Assembly (NCBI RefSeq): GCF_004010195.1
Contig: NC_057718.1
Location: 77,364,312-77,428,311 of the forward strand
Length of the DNA stretch: 64,000 bases
Direction: 5' to 3'
Origin: Chiloscyllium plagiosum
Taxonomy: Eukaryota
Shown: piece after piece, positions 38,986-52,169 of the stretch
Layout: the number at the start of each line of letters is the position of its first letter
Numbering within the stretch: the stretch's first letter is position 1
Notes under the pieces: model-generated
The model's input: only the letters and a program-made list of their open reading frames with translations
What the model was told of the DNA's origin: nothing
The model's database searches: none
Translations under genes and position numbers: made by a program

Positions 38986-39230
38986 CAAATACATAAGGAG
39001 TGAACAAAATTCTTGCAAGAAACAGCAGGTATGAATCAAACAAAGCTTTCCCATCTTTATTCAGTTGTATAAAGAACGTTTGCTAAGGTATAAGTTGATT
39101 AGCTATTCATAGAACGTAAATCAGCCTTCATAATGAGCTTATCTGAGAACAAAAATGGGTTGAGCAGTTTACATTATTCTGAATGCCTGGCTGAGCTCCA
39201 TGAATATCTATTAGACTTCAATTGTATCCA

Positions 39231-39408
39231 ATGTGTAGTGCTTGAAAGGCACAGCAGGTCAGGCAGCATCCAAGAAGCAGGAGAATCAACATTTCGGGCA
39301 TAAGCCCTTCCTGATTCTCCTGCTCCTCGGATGCTGCCTGCCCTGCTTTGCTTTTCCAGCACTACACTCCCGACTCTGATCTCCAGCACCTGCAGTCGTA
39401 ACTTTCTC
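39231..39408. mobile_element. Fold-back PLE pLTR insert (family A)
   Basis: Inverted pLTR halves. TSD CTTCAATTGTATCCA (39216-39230 / 39409-39423). Confidence 0.85.
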
Positions 39409-40526
39409 CTTCAATTGTATCCAGCAATGTTTATATAGCTGCAAAGAAAGTGAAATCTTTATTTCATTATTATCACATTATTTTGCAGTAACTTGCTGTT
39501 TCTTTCAGGAGTTTTGCATCTATCCTTACCAAGGAAGAAAGTGAGGCAAGAAAGGAGGGGGACCTGGAATTTTTGATTAAGTATGACATTACAGCTGTAT
39601 TTAGGGAGAATATTTCTGAGAATATGTCCGAGGAAGTTATTTGGTTGGAACTAAGAAATAAGCAAGGAATAATCACCTTATTGGGATTGTTCTATTGACC
39701 GCCAAATAGTCAGCGTGAAATTGAGAAACAAATTTGAAAGGAGATTTAATTTCTTTATAAGAATAACAGGGTGGTAATGTTAGGGGATTTTAACTTTGCA
39801 AACAAAGACTGTGACTGCCATGGTGTTAAGGGTTTAGATGGATAGGAATTTGTTAAGTGTATACAAGAAAATTTTCTGATTCAATATGTGGATTATGAGT
39901 AGATTAGATTTCCTATAGTATGGAAACAGGCCCTTCAGCCCAATACGTCCACGCTGACTCTCCGAAGAGTAACACCCCCCCCCCCCCCCCCCAATTATTG
40001 CACCTAACAACTATGGACAATTTACCTGACCTGCATATCTTTGGACTCGGAGGAAACCCACACAGACACAAGGAGAATTTGCGAACTCCACACAGTTGCC
40101 CAAGTCTGGAATCGACCCTGCTGCTGTGAGGCAGCAGTGCTAACCACTGAGCCACCATGCTGCCCAAGGTGCAAAACTTGACCTACTCCTGGGAAATAAG
40201 GTAGGCAAGTGACTGAGGTATCAGTGGGGGTGCACTTTGGGGCCAGCGACCATAATTTTCTTAGTTTTAAAATAGTGATGGAAAAGGATAGACCGGATCT
40301 AAAGATTAAAGTTCTAAATTACAGGAAGGCCAATTTTACAGTATTAGGCAAGAACTTTCAAAAGTTGATGGGGTGGGGGGTGGTTGGGGGAGGGGGAGCG
40401 GACGTTCGCAGGTAAAGGAATGGCTAGAAAATGGGAAGCCTTCAAAAATGAGATAATGAGAGACCAGAGACAATATGTTCCTGTTGGAGTGAAAGGCAAG
40501 GCTGGTAGATATAGGGAGGGTTGGAT

Positions 40527-41384
40527 AGGTACTCAAACCGTAACAAGGAAGAACACACCAGATGGCCTCCTTCTTTAGAGACCGCAATTTCCCTTCCCAC
40601 GTGGTTAAAGATGCCCTCCAACGCATCTCGTCCACATCCCGCACCTCCGCCCTCAGACCACATTCCTCCAACCGTAACAAGGACAGAGCACCCCTGGTGC
40701 TCACCTTCCACCCTACCAACCTTCGCATAAACCAAATCATCCGCCGACATTTCCACCACCTCCAAACAGACCCCACCACCAGGAGTATATTCCCCTCCCC
40801 ACCCCTTTCCGCCTTCCGCAAAGACCGTTCCCTCNNNNNNNNNNNNNNNNNNNNNNNNNNNNNNNNNNNNNNNNNNNNNNNNNNNNNNNNNNNNNNNNNN
40901 NNNNNNNNNNNNNNNNNNNNNNNNNNNNNNNNNNNNNNNNNNNNNNNNNNNNNNNNNNNNNNNNNNNNNNNNNNNNNNNNNNNNNNNNNNNNNNNGCCTC
41001 ATCTTCCGCCTCGGAATACTTCAACCCCAGGGCATCAATGTGGACTTCAACAGTTTCCTCATTTCCCCTTCCCCCACCTCACCCTAGTTCCAAACTTCCA
41101 GCTCAGCACTGTCCCCATGACTTGTCCGGACTTGTCCTACCTGCCTATCTCCTTTTCCACCTATCCACTCCACCCTCTCCTCCCTGACCTATCACCTTCA
41201 TCCCCTCCCCCACTCACCCATTGTACTCTACGCTACTTTCTCCCCACCCTCCTCTAGCTTATCTCTCCACGCTTCAGGCTCACTGCCTTTATTCCTGATG
41301 AAGGGCTTTTGCCCGAAACGTCGATTTCGAAGCTCCTTGGATGCTGCCTGAACTGCTGTGCCCCTCCAGCACCACTAATCCAGA
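40527..41384 (+). mobile_element. PLE family A 3' fragment spanning the N-gap
   Basis: PLVLTFHP motif, pLTR with hammerhead core at 41295-41322. TSD ATAGGGAGGG(T/A)TGGAT (40511-40526 / 41385-41400). Confidence 0.85.
40835..40995. other. Assembly gap (161 N)
   Basis: Run of N. Confidence 1.
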
Positions 41385-44300
41385 ATAGGGAGGGATGGAT
41401 GACCAGAGAAATTGAGGTGTTGGTCAAGAAAAAGAAGGAAGCATATGTCAGGTATCTACTGTGGAGAAGGACATGGAAAATATACAATGTGGGGAAATAG
41501 ATGGTGACATCTTGAAAATTGTCTACATTACAGAGGAGGAGGTGCTGACTGTTTTAAAATGCATAAAAGTGATTAAATCCCCAGGACCTGATCAGGTGTA
41601 TCCTAGAACTCTGTGGGAAGCTAGAGAAGTGATTGCTGGGCCCCTTGCTGAGATCATCAATAGTCACAGGTGAGGGAACCAAGACTGGAGGTTGGCTAAC
41701 GTAGTGCCACTATTTAGGAAAGGTGGTAAGGAAAAGCCAGGGAACTAGAGATCAGTGAGCCTGACATCGGTGGTGGGCAAGTTGCTGGAGGTAATCCTGG
41801 GGGACAGGATTTACATGTTTTTAGATAGGCAAGGACTGATTAGGGATAGTCAACATGGCTTTGTACGTGGGAAATCATGTCTCCCTAACTTGATTGAGTT
41901 TTTTGAAGAAGTAACGAATGGGCAGAGTGATGGACGTGATGTATATGGACTTCGGTAAGGCATTCTACAGGTTTCTCATGGTATACTGGTTAGCAAGGTT
42001 AGATCACATGGAATACAGGGAGAACTCGCCATTTGGCTACAAAACTAGCTTGAAGCTAGAAGACAGAGGGAGGTGGTGAATGGTTGCTTTTCAGACTGGA
42101 GACCTGTGACCAGTGGTGCACCGCAAGGATTGATACTGAGTCCACTGCTTTTCATCATTTATATAAATGATTTGGATGTGAACATAGGAGGTATAGTTTG
42201 TAAGTTTGCAGATGACACCAAAATTAGAGGTTGTCATGGACAGTGAAGAAGGTTAGCTCAGAGTACAATGGCATCTTGATCAGATAGGCCAATGGGCTGA
42301 CAAGTGGCAGGTAGAATTTAATTTAGATAAATGCGAGGTTCTGCATTTAGGAAAAGCAAATCAGAGCAGGGCTTATACACCTAATGGTAAGTTCCTAGGA
42401 TGTGTTACTGAACAAAGAGACCTTGGAGTGCAGGTTCATAGTTCCTTGAAAGTGGAATCTCAAGTGGACAGGATAGTAAAGAAAGTGTTCGGTATGCTTT
42501 CCTTTGTTGGTCAGAGCATTGAGTATAGGAGTTGGGAGATCATGTTGCGGCTGTATAGGACATTGGTTAGGCCACTTTTGGAATATTGTTTGCAATTCTG
42601 GTCTCCCTTCTATAGGAAAGATGTTGTGAAACTTGCAAGAGTTCAGAAAAGATTTACAAGGATGTTGCCAGTGTTGGAGGCTTTGAGCTATAGGGAGAGG
42701 CTGAATAGGCTTGGAGCTGTTTTCCCTGGAGCGTCAGAGGCTGAGGGGTGACCTTATAGAGGTTTATAAAATCATGCGGAACATGGATAGGGTTAATAGA
42801 CAAAGTCTTTTCCCTGGGGTGATGAATTCCAGAACTAGAGGGCATAGATTTAGGGTGAGAGGGGTAAAGTTTTAAAAGGGACCTTAGAGGCAATGTTTTC
42901 ACGCAGAGTCGTGCATTTATGGAATGAGCTGTCAGAGGAAGTGGTGGAGGCTGGTACAAGTCCATTTAAAAGGCGTTTGGATGGGTATATGAATAGGAAG
43001 GGTTTTCAAGGGATATGGGCCAAATGCTGGCAAATGGGACTAGATTAACTTATGATATCTGGTCGGCATGGACACATTGGACCGAAGGGTCTGTTTCCGT
43101 GCTGTACATCTCTATGACTCTAAGAAATATTGCCATGGTAAAACAGGAGGCAATTCGGACAGTTGTATTGATGAGGAGGTTTTGAACAGTCTGTCTGTAG
43201 TTAAAACTGATAAAGTACTCGCACTGAGTGATACATCCAAGGACAGCAAAGAGAGTGGCAATGGAAATTGTGTAGGTGCTGGTCATAATTTTTGAATTTC
43301 CTTAAGACTCGGGGTACTGCCAGAGAACTGAATAATTGCATGTTCAAAACAGGATGCAAAGATAGGCCCAGGAATAACAGTTTAGTCAGTTTACCCTCAT
43401 GAGCATTGCAGAGGTGGAGACCATTTTAGAAATTAAATTGGGATCGAAATTAATAGTCACTCGGGTGAATGAGGAATAATTAAGGAAAGCCAACATGTAT
43501 TTGTCAAGGGATCTGGAATGCCATGCTTGCAATTATGATTCAGGCAAGTTCAGTTGAGGCATTTAAGAGAGAATTGTGTTATGATCTGAAAAGGAAGAAT
43601 ATCCAGGGTTACTTTAAGAAGACTGGAGAGTAGCAGTGGGGAGCCTGCTCCTTCAGAGAGCTAGTGCAATCACAATGGGTGTAATGGCCCCTTTCTATAC
43701 TGTAGTAAATCTGTGATTCGATGATTTTTAAACAGAAGTTAGCTCTGTCTTCAATCTTCCACAGCTCCTAGAGTGTTTCCATGACAGTTTCCCTGAAAGT
43801 TCTATGTTGACTCCAGCATTCACAGAAAAGGGAAAACCAGAGCTAGAATCTGAATTCTAAATCCAGGCAGAAAGAGAAGATCAAAATCAATCAAAAGATA
43901 CCCCTGCAGTTTAGCAATGATTTGCTGTCCAGTCAGTCTGTGAATGGAGAGATGTATTTATCCTGGCTGTTTTGGCTAACCACAGATGTCTGGACAGAAG
44001 TCACAGCAGAGGTAAGCAATCATGTGTTCAGAATGGAGAGAAGATGAATTACCTACTGCAAACCCAAACAGTGAGTCTATCTGAATGAGTCTGAGTAAGT
44101 GGTGTGCAAACATTGGTTATAAGATGGGAGGCTACAAAAGCATCAGTTTACAAATGATCAGATGGCCATTGATAGGTATACTGTTCCCCCTCATCAACTT
44201 GCTTCAGGATAAGGGATGCATGTGGGTCAAAGACATCTGTATCTCACTCTCTACCTCATGCAATTCCTATGGCAGCCTTAATGGAGAGACAGATAGACAT

Positions 44301-45904
44301 AGCTACCTTAATGGGATGAAAGACAGTCCAGTGGTAAATGGTTCTCCTTAATACTACCTGGAGCAAACACATTGTTCCCTTGTATTTACAAAAAAAAAAG
44401 ACACTCCTGGTCATGGGTGGTCATGGGTAAAGACAGGTGGAGGAAAGCCAGCCATTGTGCACTCAATCCATGTTCTTAATGAGATTAGCGTGAGGAGTGC
44501 TGATTAGTGGTTTACTGTCAGCTCTGATTGCAAAAGTAGTGTACTCCACCTGCAGACTGGAGTAGCACATTCAATATTGAAAGGGCTATTTGTCTGTGGT
44601 TTCCCTTGTGGTTACAACAGGGACTTGAGATGATCCACTAACAGAGTATCTTGTACATTCTCTCAGATTGAAAACGTCTATTTCTCAGGGATGCATTGCA
44701 TCACATCTCTCTCTATTACATTCACTGATGAATTGGCTCTGGTTCACATGCTTGTGGACACCTCACAGGGCATAGATATAGATGGCTATGATAAAGTGAA
44801 GATTATAGTCAGTAGGAAGATGGTTGGAGGTCAGGTCCATGCTGTGTACCAGGCTGATGAAGGAACTTTGGTCACAGCCATGCAAAGTCTATTGGTGATG
44901 CACAAGCAAGCAGGGCATCAGTAGGTGGAGCTACTGCAGCACTGAGTATTATATATGGGTGATGAAGGAATCCTTTCAAGCCATGACCGCATGTGCCAAG
45001 TGGATGAATGCTTTACTTCCTCCATGGAGAGTCTGGTGATCTTAATCCAAGACACTATTCAGTGCATGTTTGGCATTAGCACAAATTTGTAGATCATCAC
45101 TGTCACCATGAACTCACTAAAGCAGTGGGCTAGTGAGAGGTGAATACTACCCTTGGACAGCCCTCCAGGAATACCTCCATTGAAAGAAGCAGGAAGAAAA
45201 AGAAGTGAGAAAATGTAACCTGTCACACTTGAAAGTTCTTCTCGAGACACCCCAAGGATTACCCCCCAGGAGATTCCAAATCTCTCTGCCAATGACCCAA
45301 AGTCCTCCAGCAGCAATGTTCTCAGAACAGATTCTTGTAGTGACTCAAGAGTCCTCTAGTTGCTCTGAGTCTTCTAGGTCTGCTGCTGTTTAACAGATGC
45401 TTATCATGGTCAAAGGATATGGGGTGCAGGAATCAGCAACCCGCCTACAAATCGTCTGCAGACTCTGGGAATGCACAGTAGCACCATTGGAAATATTTTA
45501 AAGAATAAAGCAGGCTGGCATTGGTGTTTGCATTGTCAGTTAAAACTAATGACCCATATTTTCCAATGACCAGACTGTCGTTATTCCAGTGTAGATGGAT
45601 GCTGTGCTTAGGATCCATATGGAATACCTGTTGTAGCAGTCTCTGAAGGAATTGTCCAGGAAGTTGAAGATTCTACTGGACAATTCCCCTACACCTGGAA
45701 CTCTCCTAAATTAGAGAACTCAAGACATTTCTAGTGAAATAAAGTAAATAATTGCTCAGGAAGAGTTAAATTACTAAATATGTAGTCTTTACTCCTGAGT
45801 AACTATTCAACTGACTCCATACTTAGCTCATACAGCCCCAACTTCATCTCTCCCCAATCCTTAAACCCCCAGACTCTGCCCTGACACCCCTCTCTCTCTT
45901 CAGA

Positions 45905-47200
45905 TGACCATCTTCCAAGGTGGACTTCACGATATGCAAAAATGGAGAGTTGCCCAGCAGGGGCTGATAGCCAAGTTCGGTACCCACGAGGACAACCTCG
46001 ACTGGGATCTTGGGCTCATGTCACACTATAGGTGACCCCACTATACCACACACTTTCATACATTCTCTATCGCTCTCACTCACACACACTCTCCCTCAGA
46101 CACACACAAGTCTATGGGGTGAATTTGCATTTGCAGATTTGTGATTAGATTTGGGGCAGCACGGTGGCTCTAGCAGTTAGCACTGCTACCTCACAGCGCC
46201 AGGGACCCGGGTTTAATTCCCGTCTCGGGCAACTGTCTGTGTGGAGTTTGCACATTCTCCCTGTGTCTGCGTGGGTTTCCTCTGGGTGCTCTGGTTTCCT
46301 CCCACAGTCCAAAGGTGCGCAGGTTAGGTGAATTGGCCATGCTAAATTTCCTGTAGTGCTAGGTGGATTAGTCAGGGGTAAATATAGGGGGGTGGGTTTC
46401 TCTTCGGAGGGTCGGTGTGGACCTGTTGGGCCGAAGGGCCTGTTTCCACACTGTAGGTAATCTAATCTAAGTTCCCTATGGTAGGAAACAGGCCTTTGGC
46501 CCAACCAGTGCACACTGACCCTCCGAAGAGTAACCCACCCAGACCCATTTCCCTCTGACTAATGCACCCAGCACTATGGACAATTTAGCATGGCCAATTC
46601 ACCTGGACTGCACATCTTCAGCAACTGGAGGAAACCCACGCAGACACGGGGAGAACGGGCAATCTCCACACAGTCGCCCAAGGCTGGAATCGAACCTGGG
46701 ACCCTGGTGCTGTGAGGCATCAGTGCTAACCACTGAGCCACCATGCCGCCCAGAATGTATTTGCAGATACATTCTATTTTGTTCAAAAAGCACACAAAAG
46801 CGGTCAGTCAATGTGACATTTTATAAATTCCTATTTTGGAAATAGAACCAGTCTGACTCAAGATTGGGATTTAGACATACTCTATGCATTGTCTGAGCTG
46901 AGATGTCACCTTTGTTCTAAACTGATAAAAACTTTAGTTATCTCAGAATTGTGACTTGAAAGAAGTTCTGGGATTTACGTATTCATCAATCAAAACCTGC
47001 GTCCCCATTCTAAGTGATTGAGGACTTTATTCAATACATTGCATGAGTTGTATGACAATTTGATCTTTTACTATAAATTCTGTGTCCTATGATCCTACCC
47101 CACATGCTATCTAATGAAGGACCAGTGCTCTGAAAGCTTGTGCTTTCAAATAAACCTGTTGGACTATAACTTGGTGTTGTGTCATTTTTAACTTTGTCTA
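45905..47200 (+). mobile_element. PLE family B 3' fragment, interrupted by two SINEs
   Basis: TIFQGGLHD...LIAKFGTHEDNLDWDLGLMSHYR* (GIY-YIG C-terminus). The 3' pLTR is homologous to 16875-17024. Confidence 0.75.
46152..46751. mobile_element. Tail-to-tail pair of HE1/V-SINE-like SINEs (46152-46470 plus, 46475-46751 minus)
   Basis: Both copies have A/B boxes and the central conserved domain. Confidence 0.9.
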
Positions 47201-48245
47201 CCCAGAATGGAATAGAACTGTCCCAATTCAGATCCACTCCCCTTACTCTGGAACCAACATACCCTTCCGCCACTTTGAAATTACCACTTCCAACCTTCCT
47301 GTCTCCAGCTCCATGCTCTCAGCTATCAAATTGGTATGCTACCCATCTGCTCCATTCTCCTGGCACCCTACCCTTTACTGACTTGGCATTTTATCTATCT
47401 GATACCTTACCCTCCTTTCCATTTGGCATCCAGCAACATGCCACCCTATCCTCCCCTCCTAGCACCCCAATTACATGTATATACCTTTACTTTATGTACT
47501 TAATGTTTGACAACAGATATCAAAGAAGCTATGAGTGATTCTGAACCTTTTAATTCTAGAATGTGACAGCAATACTGCTGTGAAAAAACTGTAACATGAA
47601 AAAAATGTCAGAATGGAAGTACAGTTCCACATTTCTGAGACAAACTTGATCATAATCTCCTGGCAAAATGCAAAGCTTTCTCCATTCACAAAAACAGGGG
47701 CAGAGTGTTAATCTGTGTGGAATAATTTCTTTTTCACATACCTACTTCATCTCTTGGTTAGAACCTTAAACCTGATTCCCCTAATTCCTGTCCAACAGCT
47801 AATGGAACAAGTTTTCTTTGTCAACCAAATTTAAACCTATCATAATCCTTGATCAAATCTCCCTTCAATCTTCTGGACTCAATATTCAGTTCAATGACGT
47901 TAGATCATGAACTCTTGCCATTTTATTCCATTTTCTTTGATTGCTTTTTAAAATCTTGATTCTCCCTTCATACCTTTCCTTGATATTCAGATACCAGGAT
48001 CTTCAGGATCCTGCCATCTCGCTTTTTCTAGATAAAAGGTCCATTGCTTCTTCACTTGTCACTATGGTCTTGCGCTGTAAAATGTTGTGTCATTCCATGC
48101 TGTTCATCTGATTATAGAAGTTTCTCTTTATTCTTTCACTTGCTTAAGACCTACAACATTTCTAAAATTCTGAAGAGAGTTTACATACCTGAAAAGGTAG
48201 TTGAATTCAACAGCTGTGGTGGTAACTATGCATTAGCTGGGAAGT

Positions 48246-48443
48246 AAGTGAGGACTGCAGATGCTGGAGATCAGAGCTGAAAATGTGTTGCTGGAAAAGC
48301 GCAGCAGGTCAGGCAGCATCCAAGGAGCAGGAGAATCGATGCTTCGGGCATGAGCCTGAAGAAGGGCTCATGCCCGAAACGTCGATTCTCCTGCTCCTTC
48401 GATGCTGCCTAACCTGCTGCGCTTTTCCAGCAACACATTTTCA
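48246..48443. mobile_element. Fold-back PLE pLTR insert (family A)
   Basis: Inverted arms of about 85 bp. Perfect TSD GCATTAGCTGGGAAGT (48230-48245 / 48444-48459). Confidence 0.9.
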
Positions 48444-48614
48444 GCATTAGCTGGGAAGTCCCAAACTGACCCTAGCATGTGTGACTTTGTGGTTCTAACC
48501 CTTTGGAGGCAGAGTGCGGTCAGCCAGTCAGAAAAGGCGAACATGGCAGTAGGCCCAGGATGAGATCAGCACTGGAAACTGACAGCAAAGCTATCTGGGG
48601 CGGCTTGTCATCAA

Positions 48615-48730
48615 CGTCGAGAGTGGGAAGCTAGAAAAGCACAGCAGGTCAGGCAGCATCCGAGGAGCAGGAGAACCAAGTTTTGGGCAAGAGCCCTTCA
48701 TCAGGAATGAGGCATCACTTTCTCCTTCCA
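48615..48730 (-). mobile_element. Solo PLE pLTR (family A)
   Basis: TSD GCTTGTCATCAA (48603-48614 / 48731-48742). Confidence 0.85.
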
Positions 48731-50260
48731 GCTTGTCATCAAGGCCAGTCCAGCAGGCCACAGCATAAAAGAGGGTAGTTTCAATGTGGAGGTCAGGAAG
48801 ATTCTCCATGCAGGACAGGAATGGTCCTTAATACCAGCAGGGTCCACAACATACCAAGGCAGGATAAGGTCTTTGATAGGCCACTTTCCTGATCCTGACT
48901 TAATTAGCTGAGTAAGGAATACTGAGTGAAGCTCTATAACCCATACCTCTCATCTGATTAAACAGCCACCTCCAACATTTTGCCATTTCACAAGACCAGT
49001 GAATTTTGCCAGTAATTCTGATTTTCTCTCAATAGATACTGCCAGATTTGTTGAATATTCCCAGCATTTTCCGTTGTATAGACATTGGTAACACTAATTT
49101 GTGTGCAAATTTGGTTTTGTTACCTTAGTTTTAGTTTCCTTATCAATGTGTGAAATTCTACCAGAAAGGGAGATGCAGTTTTTGGATGTGAAGTGCGTAG
49201 CATGTCTGCAAAGTAGTGGCAGTAGAGGAAATACAATTTTATTGTTGCTATATAATAACAGCTGGTTGGCTAGATATTTTCTAACCAACGTGTGCAGAGA
49301 TATTATTACACACCACGAGAGCAAGTGGGACATGAACTCAGGCCTTTTGGCTCAGAGGTATGGACACTATCACTGTGGTACTGGCAAAAGCCAATGGGTG
49401 CCACATTTAAAGAGAAGACAGCACAATTAGAGGATGAAGAAGTCCTAACAACAGTGTACTGGAAACATTTAGAGGAAAAGAAGTGCCCAGGCTCAGTGAA
49501 GGCCCAGGTTCAAAGGGAGAGGGATATCCTTACGAGACCAGCAAGGCAGTCCAATGGGGCATGATCAAAGGCAACAAGGAAATTGATCCTGCAGACATGG
49601 TAGCAATGACCTGATGTGACCAGGAAGGTTGAGTGGAGAGTATAACATTTAGCTCCCATATTTGAATGTCATGAAAAGTTGTCCAGGAATGTAAGAGGGT
49701 GTCCACTCAATCATTGACCTTTATCAGGCACCAACATTCAGATTCAGAAACATAGTAGTGTACCAATGGAGAACATTCATCAAATATAACTGACTACTGC
49801 ATTGCAAATACTGAATGTGTGATTGCAATAAAATTAAGGTTTCCAGCAAAATAGGTCAGTATTAAACAATAATTGGCAGCTATAACGTGTATTTCTGTGT
49901 TTGCAGAAGAGAGAAAGGAGGTAGACTTATAGATGTACCACAATCTGTGGCCTGACTCCAGTTAGGCAGGAGGTGATGAAGCTGACTAGTTGGTAGCAGC
50001 ACAGCCTGTATTGCTGATGGTGAGATGGGAATTGTACACTGAAACTAATGTGAACAGTGATTATTATACCATCTCTTTAACTTTTCCAATTGATGAAAGC
50101 TTATGTTATGTTCCCTATGGGCGAAAACAAAGGAATACAGTCTTACAATCTATTCCATTAACTTTCTTATACTGTTGCTACAGTTATTGAGATACAATAT
50201 TAAAATAAAGATCTAAAATTAACAATTATGTTATCTTGTCACTTTTTATTGTCAACATAC

Positions 50261-50392
50261 CATTGGTCTGTGTCTGCCAAACAGCATCAGCTATTCCCCA
50301 AAGACAAGGGAATACAAAAAATACTGGCATTTGTTCTGGTCGTGGATTCCATAAAAACAATGCAATTATTGATGCAAGATTCGTGATGGTTG
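50261..50392 (-). CDS. UNC93A: UNC93A penultimate coding exon (132 nt)
   Basis: AG/GT boundaries. Encodes ATITNLASIIALFLWNPRPEQMPVFFVFPCLWGIADAVWQTQTN. Confidence 0.95.
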
Positions 50393-52169
50393 CTGTGACA
50401 TGAAACAAACAAATAAAAATGGTTCAACATTATTATACAAATTTGCACTAAATCTTCTTAGCACATCATAATGGGTTGCAACTATACACCATAATGTCCA
50501 CCAAGCCATAACTTACTCTAATTTTGAACTACCTCAACATTGCCAAAAGCCTTAAACAACTGATAATCATAATTTCACACCCCCTTGAAAATCAAAGCTA
50601 ATGCTGCAAGCATTGAAATTGCAGTATCTGAGGCTTTACTGATGACATCATAGATAGCTGTCGGCATCAAAAATAGTGCAGGCCAAAAATAGAAAATGAC
50701 ACACACACTGTCCTTGCTTCTTTCTGTTCTCTTCACCTTTTCTTCCTGCCCAGTTTGTCTGCCCCCTGCATTTCAGCCTCCTATTGCTGCTGCCTCCTGC
50801 ACCGCTCTTTTTACCACTCCCTTTCATTTACCTCACTCTTATAGCTATTCCCTCAGATTCGCTTAGCCAGTTTCCTCTATTCTAGTTACATTTTCCAGTT
50901 GACATCACTCTGTTTAGTGCCTTCACTGTTCTCTCCTGCCTCCTGTCACCTCCAGTCATTGGGGAATCTAATCTAATTTAATCTAATCTCAGTCATCCTG
51001 CGATGAAAGAAGCTGCAATGTGAGTTAGGGGGAGGGGAAATGCGAGGAAGCAGTGAAGATAGCAGAGGAAGCAGAAGAAAAGGGAGCAGTGGAATGTATT
51101 TGGGACAAGAAACCACAAATGAAACTTAATGTAGAGAAGTGTGGAGTGATTCACTTCAGTAGGAACAACTCAGAGACAACATTAAATAAAAGGGTAACAC
51201 TAAAAGGGCTGCAAGAGCAGAGGAACCAGGGTGTCGTTGAATGTGGAAGGACAGATTGAAAAAATGACTACTACAATATATAAATATTCTGGCTTGACAA
51301 TTAGGGACATAAAATATAAGTGCATTGAGGTTATGTATAAGACACTAGTTTGCTCTTAACCGGAGTACTGCATCCAGTTCTGGATTCCACACATTAGGCA
51401 GAATGTGAAAAGTTTGAAGAGAGTGGAGAAAAGATTCAAAAGAATGGTTCCGGGAATTATTTGATTTAATTTATTATGAGAAACTTCAGCTGCGTGGACA
51501 GATTAGAGAAATCAGGTGTGCTTTACTTGAGGAAAAGATTGAGACAAAATTTGATGGAGATAGTCAAAACCAAAATGATTCTGGCCAAATAGGTTGGGAA
51601 GAACTGTCCACATTGGTAATAGAAGCAAAGTGATATGAGGAAAAATTATTGCTCGACAAGAGGTTAGGATCTGGAAAATGTTGCCATAGAGTATGGTGGA
51701 GGCAGGTTCAACTGAGGCATATTGGACATTGGATTGCTCTCATAAAGGAAAAATGTGCAGGGCTACGTGGAAAAGGCTGGGTAGTAGCATTAGGTCAATA
51801 ATTTCTTCAGAGAGCTGCTGTAGACAAAACAGATCAAATGACCATTTTCTATAAAAGTGGCAAGTGTGATGGAAGAATTTTTTTTTAAACGATGTGCAGT
51901 TAGGGTCTGGAATGTACTGTCTAGAAGTGGAGACAGCTTCAACCAAGACATTGAAGAAGACATTAGATGATTTTTTAAATAGAAATAGTTTGCAGGTTTA
52001 CAGGCAAAGACAAGGGAATCGTTCTAATGGCCATTCAGAGAGCTAATGCAGACATGATGGGCTGAGTGGCCTCATTCAACACAGTAACAATTCTCTGACT
52101 CTGTGCCTCTAAACCTAAGTACATTCTGATCCGATACTGCACTGATTTTGAAGATACGGACTTTGGGTA

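Larger units (their letters stand above)
39570..43122 (+). mobile_element. Long decayed CR1 LINE ORF2, interrupted by a SINE (about 39900-40167, minus) and a PLE
   Basis: SPGPDQVYPRTL, SLTSVVGKLLE, SQHGFVRGKSC, KFADDTK and LYRTLVRPLLEYC motifs, plus a CTCTATGACTCT tail. Confidence 0.9.
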
